The notes beneath the pieces were generated by a model. The model was not told where the DNA came from. It saw nothing but the letters and a program-made list of their open reading frames with translations, and made no database searches. 64,000 nucleotides of DNA, taken from positions 8,306-72,305 of the IMG/VR virus record IMGVR_UViG_3300032282_001105; one strand, given 5' to 3'. A program made the translations under genes and the position numbers. Positions 52,585 to 62,443 of this stretch are shown piece by piece (positions within the stretch are counted from its first letter, which is position 1; each line of letters opens with the position of its first letter). The stretch comes from a virus.

Positions 52585-53514
52585 TTGGATAAAAAATTTA
52601 TACTACAAAATAAAAATGGAAATTCGTTATCGCAAACGATTAAAAGAAATGAAAAAACGAGATCCATTCATATACAAATGAACGAAAATTTTGCTAAATT
52701 AAATCTATTAAAATCATCTTCTATAGAAGATGTTAAACATTATTCTACAACCAATACTTCTACTGTAGGATTACCGGTAGGAGAAATAACGCAATTTTTA
52801 TATTACAGCCCCGGTGATATACAATATGCACATACTTGGGAATATGAACAATTTGATTATATGATAAATCATTTAGGTTTTAGAAATACTGAAATACCCA
52901 AAGAAACAGATATTGCAGTATTTGGTTGTAGCTTCACGTTTGGTTTAGGTTTACCTATAGAGATGATATGGCATACTATACTAGCAGACAGATTGAATAC
53001 AAAGGTTGCTAATTATGGTGTTCCTGGAGCATCGATTAAGACAATAACTGATTTAGCAATGATAATAAGTAATCATACTAAAATTAATAAAGCTATTTTT
53101 CTTTTACCTACATATAGTAGAATGCAAGTAGCAAAAACTAGCCCGTTTGAAGATGAGGTGAATTATCTTTCAATAATACCTAATCATAAATCAGAGTTAT
53201 GTAAGAAATATGAAATAGAAGCAGAGTTATTAGTAAAATCTACTCCGGATGAAGAGATGTTTAAAGTGTTGAGAGATAGTGTATATTTGGTAGACCATAT
53301 TTTTAAAGAGAGAAACATTAAAACGTATTTCTCATCCTGGGATCCTGATACATATGAATTTTTAACATATATGGATTTGCAGGGTGTTTTGTTACCTGAT
53401 TGGACTAGTAAGGGAATGCAACAAGCAACTACTGATTTGGCCAGAGACAAATTACATCCGGGTCCAGTCCACCAACAACAGTTTGTAGACAAAATCATAG
53501 ATTATATCAAATGA
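52585..53514 (+). CDS. SGNH-like protein
   Basis: VFGCSFTFG, NYGVPGAS, DKLHPG. Start codon uncertain (TTG). Confidence 0.65.
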   Translation: MDKKFILQNKNGNSLSQTIKRNEKTRSIHIQMNENFAKLNLLKSSSIEDVKHYSTTNTSTVGLPVGEITQFLYYSPGDIQYAHTWEYEQFDYMINHLGFRNTEIPKETDIAVFGCSFTFGLGLPIEMIWHTILADRLNTKVANYGVPGASIKTITDLAMIISNHTKINKAIFLLPTYSRMQVAKTSPFEDEVNYLSIIPNHKSELCKKYEIEAELLVKSTPDEEMFKVLRDSVYLVDHIFKERNIKTYFSSWDPDTYEFLTYMDLQGVLLPDWTSKGMQQATTDLARDKLHPGPVHQQQFVDKIIDYIK

Positions 53515-55007
53515 ACTATATAGGAATATCTAGTGGGTTTCACGATGCCGCAATCAGCGTAATAGATGATGCTGGTAACATACTATTTGCCGGACATAGT
53601 GAACGTTACTCAAAACATAAACACGATAAACATTTGTGCTATGATATTGTTGAGGACGCATTAAAAAATTGTAATAGTAGAGATGTTGAAATTCACTACT
53701 ATGAACGTCCTTGGATGAAGTTCTTGCGCCAAGTTCGTTCGGGTGAAAAGCCTGCATTATCTAATTTATCTGTTAAAGAGGTTATAGGTACAGGATTACT
53801 CCATAAATTACAAGATGGTCGTGGTGGAAAAGTATATACTCACAATCATCATCTAAGTCACGCTGCCGCAGGATTTCAAACTAGTCCTTATAAAGATGCC
53901 ACTGTAGTCGTTATTGATGCTATTGGTGAGTTTGATACTATTAGTATTTGGAATGCATATTACGATAAGAACGGTGTAGCAAAGTATAAGAAGTTATGGG
54001 GACAACGTTATCCGGATAGTATTGGCTTATTTTATTCAGCAATGACACAACGTGCAGGATTAAAACCATTAGATGAAGAATATATCTTAATGGGAATGGC
54101 TGCCTATGGTAACACAACTGCACTAGCAGAAATGTCTAACACACTAGTTAAATCCATTAAAGATATTACTTTCAAAGATAATTTACAAATAGGTGTATCT
54201 GAAAATTTCTTAGAAGGTACTAATGAAATGAACATTGCTACTAGTGCTCAATTGATTGCAGAACAGTTAATTACTTCAGTAATTAGTAAAGCACGTATGT
54301 TAGGTGGTAGTAAGAATTTAGTATATGGTGGTGGTGTAGCATTAAACTGTTTAGCAAATAGACTATTAGGAAACTTTTATGACAACATTTGGATTATGCC
54401 TAATCCTGGCGATGCTGGCTCCAGTCTTGGTGCGGCTTGTCTTGGTTATGGTAAGGCTGTTAATTGGACTAGTGCTTTTCTTGGCAATGATATTCGTGGG
54501 GATTACCCTACCAATCGTATACTTGATAGTTTACTTTCCGTTAAAATCGTTGGAGTCGCTAGTGGACGAGCCGAGTTTGGCCCTAGGGCACTCGGGAACA
54601 GAAGCTTATTGGCCGACCCAAGGGGTAAAGAAATAAAGGATAAAGTAAATGAAATTAAACGTAGACAAAAATTCAGACCATTTGCGCCAGTCATTCTGGA
54701 GGAGTATGCTGATACTTACTTTGATATGCCTCATGGTTTCGATAACAGTAGGTATATGCAAGTCATCGCTCGTTGTAGGGTACCTGACTTATTTCCTGCT
54801 ATCATTCATCACGATGGTACTAGTAGGGTACAGACTGTGCCAAAGGATGGCTCCGGGATAAGAGAACTATTAGAGAAGTGGTACGTACTAACAGGTTGCC
54901 CAATGTTACTCAACACAAGTTTAAATATTCGTGGAGAGCCAATGGTAAATGACCGAGATGATGCGGATCGCTTTGAAAAGTTATATAATATAAAGGTGAT
55001 ATCATAA
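53511..55007 (+). CDS. Carbamoyltransferase (NodU/CmcH/TobZ family)
   Basis: HDAA, ERYS.KHD, HHLSHA, GGVALNC, EFGPRALGNRSLLADP, FRPFAP, DGTSRVQTV, LLNTSLN. Confidence 0.95.
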   Translation: MNYIGISSGFHDAAISVIDDAGNILFAGHSERYSKHKHDKHLCYDIVEDALKNCNSRDVEIHYYERPWMKFLRQVRSGEKPALSNLSVKEVIGTGLLHKLQDGRGGKVYTHNHHLSHAAAGFQTSPYKDATVVVIDAIGEFDTISIWNAYYDKNGVAKYKKLWGQRYPDSIGLFYSAMTQRAGLKPLDEEYILMGMAAYGNTTALAEMSNTLVKSIKDITFKDNLQIGVSENFLEGTNEMNIATSAQLIAEQLITSVISKARMLGGSKNLVYGGGVALNCLANRLLGNFYDNIWIMPNPGDAGSSLGAACLGYGKAVNWTSAFLGNDIRGDYPTNRILDSLLSVKIVGVASGRAEFGPRALGNRSLLADPRGKEIKDKVNEIKRRQKFRPFAPVILEEYADTYFDMPHGFDNSRYMQVIARCRVPDLFPAIIHHDGTSRVQTVPKDGSGIRELLEKWYVLTGCPMLLNTSLNIRGEPMVNDRDDADRFEKLYNIKVIS

Positions 55008-55633
55008 TGCAAATTTATCCCATAGATGATAAGAAAAGAATTTTTCAAATTATTGACTTGCTGGACCAAGAAACAGTTGATTGGATGAATACAGTTGATT
55101 GGCTGTCAATAAAAAATTACGAATTTGATTCAGGAGACCCAAAATATATTTTTCCTAGAAAAATACTAGATAGCGCAAATAGTGATGTTATCAAATTAAC
55201 TACGTCAATGCAAAACAAATTGTCAACTATTAATAATTTAATAGAAACTTCATTAAACGATATCAATATAAATTTATGGTTAGATGGTCCGGGATTTAAA
55301 ATGGCGGTTCATACTGATGAAGGAATAGAAAGAGTTGGTGTTATTGCCTCCCTACAATTGTATCTATTTGCTCCTAATGAAGATTATGGTACAGAATTTT
55401 TTACTCCTAAAGAATTTTTTAATCCTAATGAAGATTATGATACGGTATTATTTGATAAATATAAAAGAATTCCGTTCAATTCATACTACAAGTTTAAGTC
55501 AATACCTAATACAGGTTATCTAATGCTTAATCATTTAAATGAAGATGGGTCATTGCCTATGCTATGGCACGGTATGTTAAATCCTGTACCCGAAGGATGT
55601 TATAGATTAAGCGCCTATTGGTATTTTAAATAA
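55007..55633 (+). CDS. 2-oxoglutarate/Fe(II)-dependent oxygenase
   Basis: HTD (HxD), distal WHG and RLS (RxS) motifs. Confidence 0.75.
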   Translation: MQIYPIDDKKRIFQIIDLLDQETVDWMNTVDWLSIKNYEFDSGDPKYIFPRKILDSANSDVIKLTTSMQNKLSTINNLIETSLNDININLWLDGPGFKMAVHTDEGIERVGVIASLQLYLFAPNEDYGTEFFTPKEFFNPNEDYDTVLFDKYKRIPFNSYYKFKSIPNTGYLMLNHLNEDGSLPMLWHGMLNPVPEGCYRLSAYWYFK

Positions 55634-55665
55634 TTACATACTTATAAAAAACGCTAAGTAATTGT

Positions 55666-58600
55666 ATGCTAAGAGATGTATTTTATTTCGGAGAAAAACC
55701 CAACGTTCACCCTAGAGAAAGATATGCAATAGATTTAGCCGACGCTAAACGACAATGCACTACTGAACATTTTTGGGTAATTAACGACCATTGCAATTAT
55801 AAAGATTTTGATTGGGACTGGGATTTTGATTTCCTACCTGATGAAGATGTATGGGCAGAAGACCATAACAATGTATGGCCTAGTCCTTATCAGAAAGATA
55901 GTGGCACTTGGCTTTGTTCAACTAATATAGATGCATTAACTATATATAGGGGAGATGTTGATCCTATTCCACTAAAAGATGAGATTGTATCAAATTGGAA
56001 AATCATCGAATATATTGAAAAAGATAAATTTGATTTCAAATGGCATCCAGACCCAACTGACCCACCTTACATATATGTATTCGGTAATGAATGGTATCCT
56101 GCTACTGTTATGCCAACAGTAGAATATCACGTTCCGGGCGCAACAGAACGTAAATACACAACAGACCAGATAGCGCAGTTATTGCCTATGCCAATGCTGT
56201 TTAATATTATACACGAACCTGAGCATTTTGATTATAGTTGGAGACCTGATCCTACTAGTCCCCCATACATATATGTGTTTGGTAATAATCAATATCCTGC
56301 GAGTGTGATGCCGACTGTTGAATTTCACGTTGAAGGTGCAACAGAGCGTAAGTACATTGAAAATATAGTTCCTAAATTAGCGGCAAAACCAGATTCATTC
56401 GAGTTCTTAGAAGATATTGATCCGTCATCCTTTGATATGTCTTGGGTACCAGATCCAACTAGTCCACCTTATATCTATGTATGGGGTAATCAATGGAATA
56501 AGCCTGAGTTTAAAATTAGTGTGCAACATAAAGTTGAAGGTGCAACTGAATATAAGTATATGGAACCACGTGTGAAGCGTAAATCCTGTATGGACAATTG
56601 GGATATACCTCCTAATATGTTTCAAAATACATTTGACTTTAGTTGGGAACCTGATCTATCTAAATATGACCCTCCATTCATTTATCAATTTGGATCACAG
56701 TGGCAGAAGACAGGCGGCCCTCGATATGTAGTGCCCGGTGCAACAGAAATAAAATATATTGATACATTAAAAGCAAATGTTGTTTGTACAGAATTTCAAA
56801 ATTGGCAAGTGCCCCGCAATATTGACCAAACTAAGTTTGACTTTAGCTGGCATCCAGATAGTACTGAAGAACCTTATATCTATCAGTTCCCGGATCAATG
56901 GACTAGAACAGGCGGCCCTCGATATGTAGTGCCCGATGCAACAGAAATAAAATATATTAATGTACAAATAGCAACAGCAAAACAAGATAAAACTCATTGG
57001 ACAATACCAGAGGGTATTGATACAACTGACTTTGACTTTAGTTGGCACCCCGATATTGAACACGAACCTTTAATATATCAATTTGGTACTCAGTGGCAGA
57101 AGACAGGTGGCCCTAAGTTCTATGCTGTGGGTTGTACAGAATCTAGTGATATTAAATACGTTGATGTTACTAAAGCAAAAGCAATTGCCAATATGAATAA
57201 TTGGGTAATACCTGAAGATTTAGATATTGATACGTTTGATTTTAGTTGGCATCCTGATAGCACTGAAGAACCTTATATCTATCAATTTGCCGATCAATGG
57301 ACACGTACCGGCGGACCTAAATACGTAGTTGATAGTGCTATAGAAATAAAATATATTGACACAGTAAAAGGTATAACTAAAGCAAATAAAAAACACTGGA
57401 CGATACCTAAAGGTATCGATACTACTGACTTTGACTTCAGTTGGCATCCTGATATTGATCATGAACCTTTAATATATCAATTTGGTACACAATGGCAACG
57501 CACCGGCGGCCCGACTTATAATACATTAGGTACTGATGAAAATAGTGATATTGCATACGTAGATATTATTAAAGCTAAAGCATTACCCAATACAACCAAT
57601 TGGCAAACATTAATCCCTGTAACAGGGTTTGATTATAGTTGGCATCCTGACAGTACAGAAGAACCCTTCATTTATGTATTTGGCAATCAATGGAATAGGG
57701 GTGAACTTGAAGCTACTTTGATTTATACAGTGCCCGGAGCGACACAAACAAAATATATTAATGATATTGTTCGTGTTGCACCATATACATCTGGGTGGTC
57801 TACCCTAGTTGACATTGAAGATTTTGACTATAGTTGGAGACCTGACCCAACTAGTCCGCCTTACGTATATGTATTTGGTAATAAACAATATAGCGGTGTA
57901 ATTATGCCTACTGTAAAGTTGACTATACCCGATGCAACTGATAACAAGTATGTAGATGATGTTGTAGCTACTATAGCGCAGAAGCCAGCTCTTTTCACAG
58001 ATACATCATTAATTAAAGATTTTGACTATAGTTGGAGACCTGATCCAACTAGCCCACCTTACATATATCAATTTGGTACACAGTGGGCAAAAACAAATGG
58101 TCCTAAGTTTGTAGTAGAAGGCGCAGAAGAAACTAAGTTTGTTAGTGAACCACTTGCTACTATCTTACCAGATATGACGCATTGGGAAATACCTGAAAAT
58201 GCAGATGTAACTAAGTTTGACTTTAGTTGGCATCCTGATATGACTAGTCCACCATACATATATCAATTTGGTACACTACTTGATGATAAAGATGGCCCTA
58301 GATATATCACACCTGGACACAATGATGTTGTTGTTAACTTAGAACGTAAAGAGATTATACTTGAAGAACTAGTATTTCCTAAGTACCAGTTAAAAACTAC
58401 GTTAGAAGATTTGATTGAAGAACATACAGGTGAAATCTTTTGGGCATTGAATCCAGATTTAGATTACTCTGATTTTGATTTTATGTGGGTACCCGACAAA
58501 CAAAACGTATATCACGTTAATGCGTTCGGTAGTAAAGATAATATAAACTCACAAACTTATTTTGTTAACGGTAAGATGTGGCAAAAAGGTTATAGAGATA

Positions 58601-60369
58601 TCAATTACGTTGAAGATAAAATCGTTGAAGTTCGTACCAAACTTGATATGTTTTTCATAGATAAAGGTAATAGTGAATCACAAGATAGATTCCAAGAACT
58701 GCGTTTGAGATTTCCTAACATTACTAAAACAAGATACCTAAACAGTTGGGTAGATACTATTAATCGTTGTATTACTAAATCAAGTACTAATCTGTGCTGG
58801 ATACTAAACAGTGAATTAGATTATAGTGAATTTGAATTTGACTTCTACCCCAGCCCTTGGCAAATGAGAATGGTACACGTTTTTGGCACTCAATGGAGTC
58901 ACTGGGGAACTACATTTATGGTTAATAAAAATAGTTTCAGCGAGGATACAAAATATGTTAAAATCATTGAACACCTTAGCAATCTAAACTTTGTTAAACG
59001 TAATACTGCCAAAGCTACAAATTGTTTATATGATATCGCTCTTATAGATCACGGCAATACTGAAATTGAAAATGTAAGTGAAATTATTAAAAACAAAACA
59101 GGACGTAATACTACTACTGTTAAGTACAATAGAAGCTATTTACAGACTTTTAAGACGTTGTTAAAAGACATTCAGCCTAAGAAAGAACATTATCTTTGGG
59201 TTTGTTCTAGTATATGTGATTATGAATATTTTGACTTTAGTTACATTTGTGATCCATATGCTAGAGACCAGCTTCACGTTTTTCCTAGCGATAAACAGAA
59301 GTTTGGAGACACGTTTTTAATTGATGTTAACAAATTTAAATTATTAATTGATGATATGATTATGTTAGAAGATTATGAGAAAGTTAACTATAATCAACAT
59401 CAAAGAGTTAAGCGATTACCTGCACCAACTATTATTACGAAAGAAGATACCCATGTCACTAATATTCATACTGATTATAATTGGCCTTATGCTACGTTTA
59501 TCACGGAAAACGACAAAGACATTCAAGTAACTGATGTTGAACCTATGAGTTTATGGACTCCTGATAGTAAGAATATCATTATTACTAGTACGGGAGCAAC
59601 TCGCATCATTGTGCCAAAAGAGGCAAAGTATTATGTTGAACACGAATTATATGATTATCCATACATCAGTCGCTCTAACAAACTTGTACAATCTCAGCCG
59701 CTGGATATAGTCTTCCTAAGCAACGGTGAAACTGGAGCTGACGAGAACTACAAACACTTACTGAAAGTGACTAAGGGATTGAAAAACAGAGTTGTTAGAG
59801 TAGACGGTGTTGACGGTCGTGTTCAAGCATATCACGCAGCCGCTGAAGCAAGTAATACTCCTTGGATGTTTACTGTGTTTGCTAAATTAAGAGTCAATAA
59901 TAAATTTGATTGGAGTTGGCAACCTGATAGATTGCAAATACCTAAACATTATATTTTTAATGCTACTAACCCTGTAAATGGTTTAGTGTATGGTCACCAA
60001 GCTATGATTGCTTATAATAAGACTATAACACTTGCTAATAAAGGTAGAGGTCTTGACTTCACATTGGATGATGAACACGAAGTAGTTGATATGAACAGTG
60101 GTGTAGCAATGTATAACACCGATGAGTGGAGTACATGGCGCACAGCATTTAGAGAAGCATTGAAGTTACGTGCAAGCGATAGCCAAGATAGTAGAGACAG
60201 ATTAGATAATTGGTTAAACGTAGGCGAAGGTGCATTTGCCAACTATAGTACTGATGGTGCTAATCACGCAATCGAATACTATAATGAAGTTAACGGCGAC
60301 CTAGATAAATTACGTTTAAGTTACGATTGGCCTTGGTTAAAAGAATATTACAAGAAAAAATACAAATAA
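55666..60369 (+). CDS. 1567-aa protein with tandem ~65-aa FDxSWxPD repeats and C-terminal GT-A-like domain(s)
   Basis: Repeats are visible in the translation. The C-terminus aligns by eye with the 37143-38096 product. Confidence 0.75.
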   Translation: MLRDVFYFGEKPNVHPRERYAIDLADAKRQCTTEHFWVINDHCNYKDFDWDWDFDFLPDEDVWAEDHNNVWPSPYQKDSGTWLCSTNIDALTIYRGDVDPIPLKDEIVSNWKIIEYIEKDKFDFKWHPDPTDPPYIYVFGNEWYPATVMPTVEYHVPGATERKYTTDQIAQLLPMPMLFNIIHEPEHFDYSWRPDPTSPPYIYVFGNNQYPASVMPTVEFHVEGATERKYIENIVPKLAAKPDSFEFLEDIDPSSFDMSWVPDPTSPPYIYVWGNQWNKPEFKISVQHKVEGATEYKYMEPRVKRKSCMDNWDIPPNMFQNTFDFSWEPDLSKYDPPFIYQFGSQWQKTGGPRYVVPGATEIKYIDTLKANVVCTEFQNWQVPRNIDQTKFDFSWHPDSTEEPYIYQFPDQWTRTGGPRYVVPDATEIKYINVQIATAKQDKTHWTIPEGIDTTDFDFSWHPDIEHEPLIYQFGTQWQKTGGPKFYAVGCTESSDIKYVDVTKAKAIANMNNWVIPEDLDIDTFDFSWHPDSTEEPYIYQFADQWTRTGGPKYVVDSAIEIKYIDTVKGITKANKKHWTIPKGIDTTDFDFSWHPDIDHEPLIYQFGTQWQRTGGPTYNTLGTDENSDIAYVDIIKAKALPNTTNWQTLIPVTGFDYSWHPDSTEEPFIYVFGNQWNRGELEATLIYTVPGATQTKYINDIVRVAPYTSGWSTLVDIEDFDYSWRPDPTSPPYVYVFGNKQYSGVIMPTVKLTIPDATDNKYVDDVVATIAQKPALFTDTSLIKDFDYSWRPDPTSPPYIYQFGTQWAKTNGPKFVVEGAEETKFVSEPLATILPDMTHWEIPENADVTKFDFSWHPDMTSPPYIYQFGTLLDDKDGPRYITPGHNDVVVNLERKEIILEELVFPKYQLKTTLEDLIEEHTGEIFWALNPDLDYSDFDFMWVPDKQNVYHVNAFGSKDNINSQTYFVNGKMWQKGYRDINYVEDKIVEVRTKLDMFFIDKGNSESQDRFQELRLRFPNITKTRYLNSWVDTINRCITKSSTNLCWILNSELDYSEFEFDFYPSPWQMRMVHVFGTQWSHWGTTFMVNKNSFSEDTKYVKIIEHLSNLNFVKRNTAKATNCLYDIALIDHGNTEIENVSEIIKNKTGRNTTTVKYNRSYLQTFKTLLKDIQPKKEHYLWVCSSICDYEYFDFSYICDPYARDQLHVFPSDKQKFGDTFLIDVNKFKLLIDDMIMLEDYEKVNYNQHQRVKRLPAPTIITKEDTHVTNIHTDYNWPYATFITENDKDIQVTDVEPMSLWTPDSKNIIITSTGATRIIVPKEAKYYVEHELYDYPYISRSNKLVQSQPLDIVFLSNGETGADENYKHLLKVTKGLKNRVVRVDGVDGRVQAYHAAAEASNTPWMFTVFAKLRVNNKFDWSWQPDRLQIPKHYIFNATNPVNGLVYGHQAMIAYNKTITLANKGRGLDFTLDDEHEVVDMNSGVAMYNTDEWSTWRTAFREALKLRASDSQDSRDRLDNWLNVGEGAFANYSTDGANHAIEYYNEVNGDLDKLRLSYDWPWLKEYYKKKYK
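56030..58310 (+). repeat. Twelve well-conserved intragenic tandem repeats (~200 bp unit)
   Basis: FD[FY]SW[HR]PD...P[YFL]IY[QV]FG...[GD]ATE.KY recurs 12 times. 56710-56760 and 56908-56958 match at 50 of 51 nt. Confidence 0.85.
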
Positions 60370-61269
60370 ATGAAAAATATTTTAGTAATAGGCGGCAGTG
60401 GCTATATAGGAAATAGATTAGTTAATCACTTAAGTGAAAAATTTAATTGTCACACAGTAGACCTTAATTGGTTTGGTGGTCCTACTAGTACTTTCACACA
60501 AGATTATTCTACACTAACACCAGACCTGTTAGGTATCTATAGTCACGTAATATTGTTAGCTGGTCACAGTAGTATGGCTATGTGTGAATACAATTGGCAA
60601 GGTGCTTGGCAAAACAATATTGTGAATTTAGCAAGTTTAATAGGTAAACTAAACAAAAACCAAGTATTGATTTATGCTAGTAGCGGATCAGTATACGGCA
60701 ACGGTGGGTTGAATCGTACAGAAAATATGAGTCTTGCTTCTGCATTAGTTGAATATGATTTAACTAAACAGATAGGTGAACAAATAGCAACAGGTGCTGT
60801 ATGTAAAACAGTAGGATTAAGATTTGGTACGCTAAGTGGGTTCGCTAATTATGCAAGAAATGATTTAATGTTAAATGCAATGGTAATTAGTGCCAAGACT
60901 AAAAACAAGATTGAATGCTTTAATGGGCATAATCATAGAAGCATATTGGGAATCAATGATTGTGTTCGTGCTATAGAATCAATAATTAGTCAAAGTGAAT
61001 TATTGGAACAACACGATATTTTTAATCTTGCTAGTTTTAACGGAACTGTTGAAAATTTTGTTGACATATCTAGTAAATTGCTTGATGTTCCTGTTATTAA
61101 ACACGAAAAAATAACTAACACCTTTAGTTTTGAGCTAAATTGTAATAAGTTCATTCATAAATTTAACTTTTCTTTTACCGATACCCCAAACTCAATTATT
61201 AACAGTTTGGTTGAAAAATATGAATCTATTGAATGGAGTCCCAGAATTAAGAAAGTTTTATATGTATGA
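60370..61269 (+). CDS. NAD-dependent epimerase/dehydratase/reductase (extended SDR)
   Basis: GGSGYIG, YASSGSVYG, YDLTK (YxxxK), LRFGT. Confidence 0.9.
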   Translation: MKNILVIGGSGYIGNRLVNHLSEKFNCHTVDLNWFGGPTSTFTQDYSTLTPDLLGIYSHVILLAGHSSMAMCEYNWQGAWQNNIVNLASLIGKLNKNQVLIYASSGSVYGNGGLNRTENMSLASALVEYDLTKQIGEQIATGAVCKTVGLRFGTLSGFANYARNDLMLNAMVISAKTKNKIECFNGHNHRSILGINDCVRAIESIISQSELLEQHDIFNLASFNGTVENFVDISSKLLDVPVIKHEKITNTFSFELNCNKFIHKFNFSFTDTPNSIINSLVEKYESIEWSPRIKKVLYV

Positions 61270-62443
61270 GTCTTTAACACGCTGTCTTTGTTGTGATAAT
61301 TCACAACTTTTTACCATATTAGATTTAAATACGCAACCACCCGCTAATAGTTTTCATAACCCAAATGAAAATATACCTGAGTATGAATTAAAATTAATGG
61401 GTTGTGATAACTGCTGGCACACACAGTTAAGTGTAGCAGTTGACCCAGATGAATTATTTAAAAATTATTTATATGTTAGTGGGACCAGTAGCACGTTAAA
61501 ACAATACTTTGACAGATTTGCAGTACGTTATACAGATGTACCTGGTAAGGTTTTAGATATTGCGTGTAATGATGGAACACAGTTAGATAGTTTTGCTGAA
61601 TTAGGGTGGGACACATATGGCGTAGACCCTGCAGAAAATCTATTTAGTAGTAGTACTAGCAAAGAACATCAGGTTAAATGTGATTTTTGGAACATTAATT
61701 CTGCCATCGATATGCCTGTATTTGATTTAATTACGGCACAAAATGTATTTGCTCATACTGCAAAAATATCAGAATTTTTAGAAGCTTGTAAATTAGTAAT
61801 GAATAATAATTCAAAATTAGTTATACAAACTAGTCAGGCATTGATGTTTGATAGGAATGAATTTGATACAATATACCACGAACATATTAGTTTTTTCAGT
61901 ACACTAAGTATGAAAACTATTGCAGAAAGACAAGGGTTGTATTTAAACAATGTGTATACAACTGATATACACGGTACTAGTTATGTATTTGAATTGTCTA
62001 AAGTTTCCAATGAACAACCTTCTGTTGAAAAACAATTAGAACTAGAACAGCATAGATATAAAAGAAGTTTTTATGATAGCTATCAAAAAAATGCAATGAC
62101 TTGTTTAAAGTCTTTGAAAGACTATATTAGTGTGCAACGTTCTTCTGGTAAAAAAGTGATAGGGTACGGAGCTGCCGCAAAAGGAATGACTGTTATTAAT
62201 GCAGGAAATCTATCATTTGATTATATTGTAGATGACAACCCATTAAAACAAGGTTTGTTATGTCCGGGTAGTAATATACCAGTCTATGGCCCTCAACAAT
62301 TAGATACAGAGAATTCTGATATAATTATTATACCATTAGCTTGGAATTTTTTTGATGAAATTAAATCTAAAGTAAAACAATTAAGACCAAATAAAGCTGA
62401 TACTTATGTAAGATATTTTCCTGAATTAAGATTCGACTTTTAA
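61262..62443 (+). CDS. NDP-sugar C-methyltransferase (TcaB9/TylCIII/NovU family)
   Basis: Zn-binding CLCC...CDNC, YLYVSGTS, VLDIACNDG, FDTIYHEH, GYGAAAKG, PLAWNF. Start likely the Met at 61262. Confidence 0.88.
   Translation: MYESLTRCLCCDNSQLFTILDLNTQPPANSFHNPNENIPEYELKLMGCDNCWHTQLSVAVDPDELFKNYLYVSGTSSTLKQYFDRFAVRYTDVPGKVLDIACNDGTQLDSFAELGWDTYGVDPAENLFSSSTSKEHQVKCDFWNINSAIDMPVFDLITAQNVFAHTAKISEFLEACKLVMNNNSKLVIQTSQALMFDRNEFDTIYHEHISFFSTLSMKTIAERQGLYLNNVYTTDIHGTSYVFELSKVSNEQPSVEKQLELEQHRYKRSFYDSYQKNAMTCLKSLKDYISVQRSSGKKVIGYGAAAKGMTVINAGNLSFDYIVDDNPLKQGLLCPGSNIPVYGPQQLDTENSDIIIIPLAWNFFDEIKSKVKQLRPNKADTYVRYFPELRFDF

Noticed and set aside
56030-58310. CRISPR array or diversity-generating retroelement repeats
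   Set aside because: The repeats are in-frame, degenerate at synonymous positions, lack unique spacers and adenine-specific variation, and no cas or reverse transcriptase gene is present.
986-60242. Many short antisense or out-of-frame ORFs in the track (e.g. 8668-8967, 9589-10017, 41676-41957)
   Set aside because: They are shadows of long, motif-bearing genes, with no independent signals.
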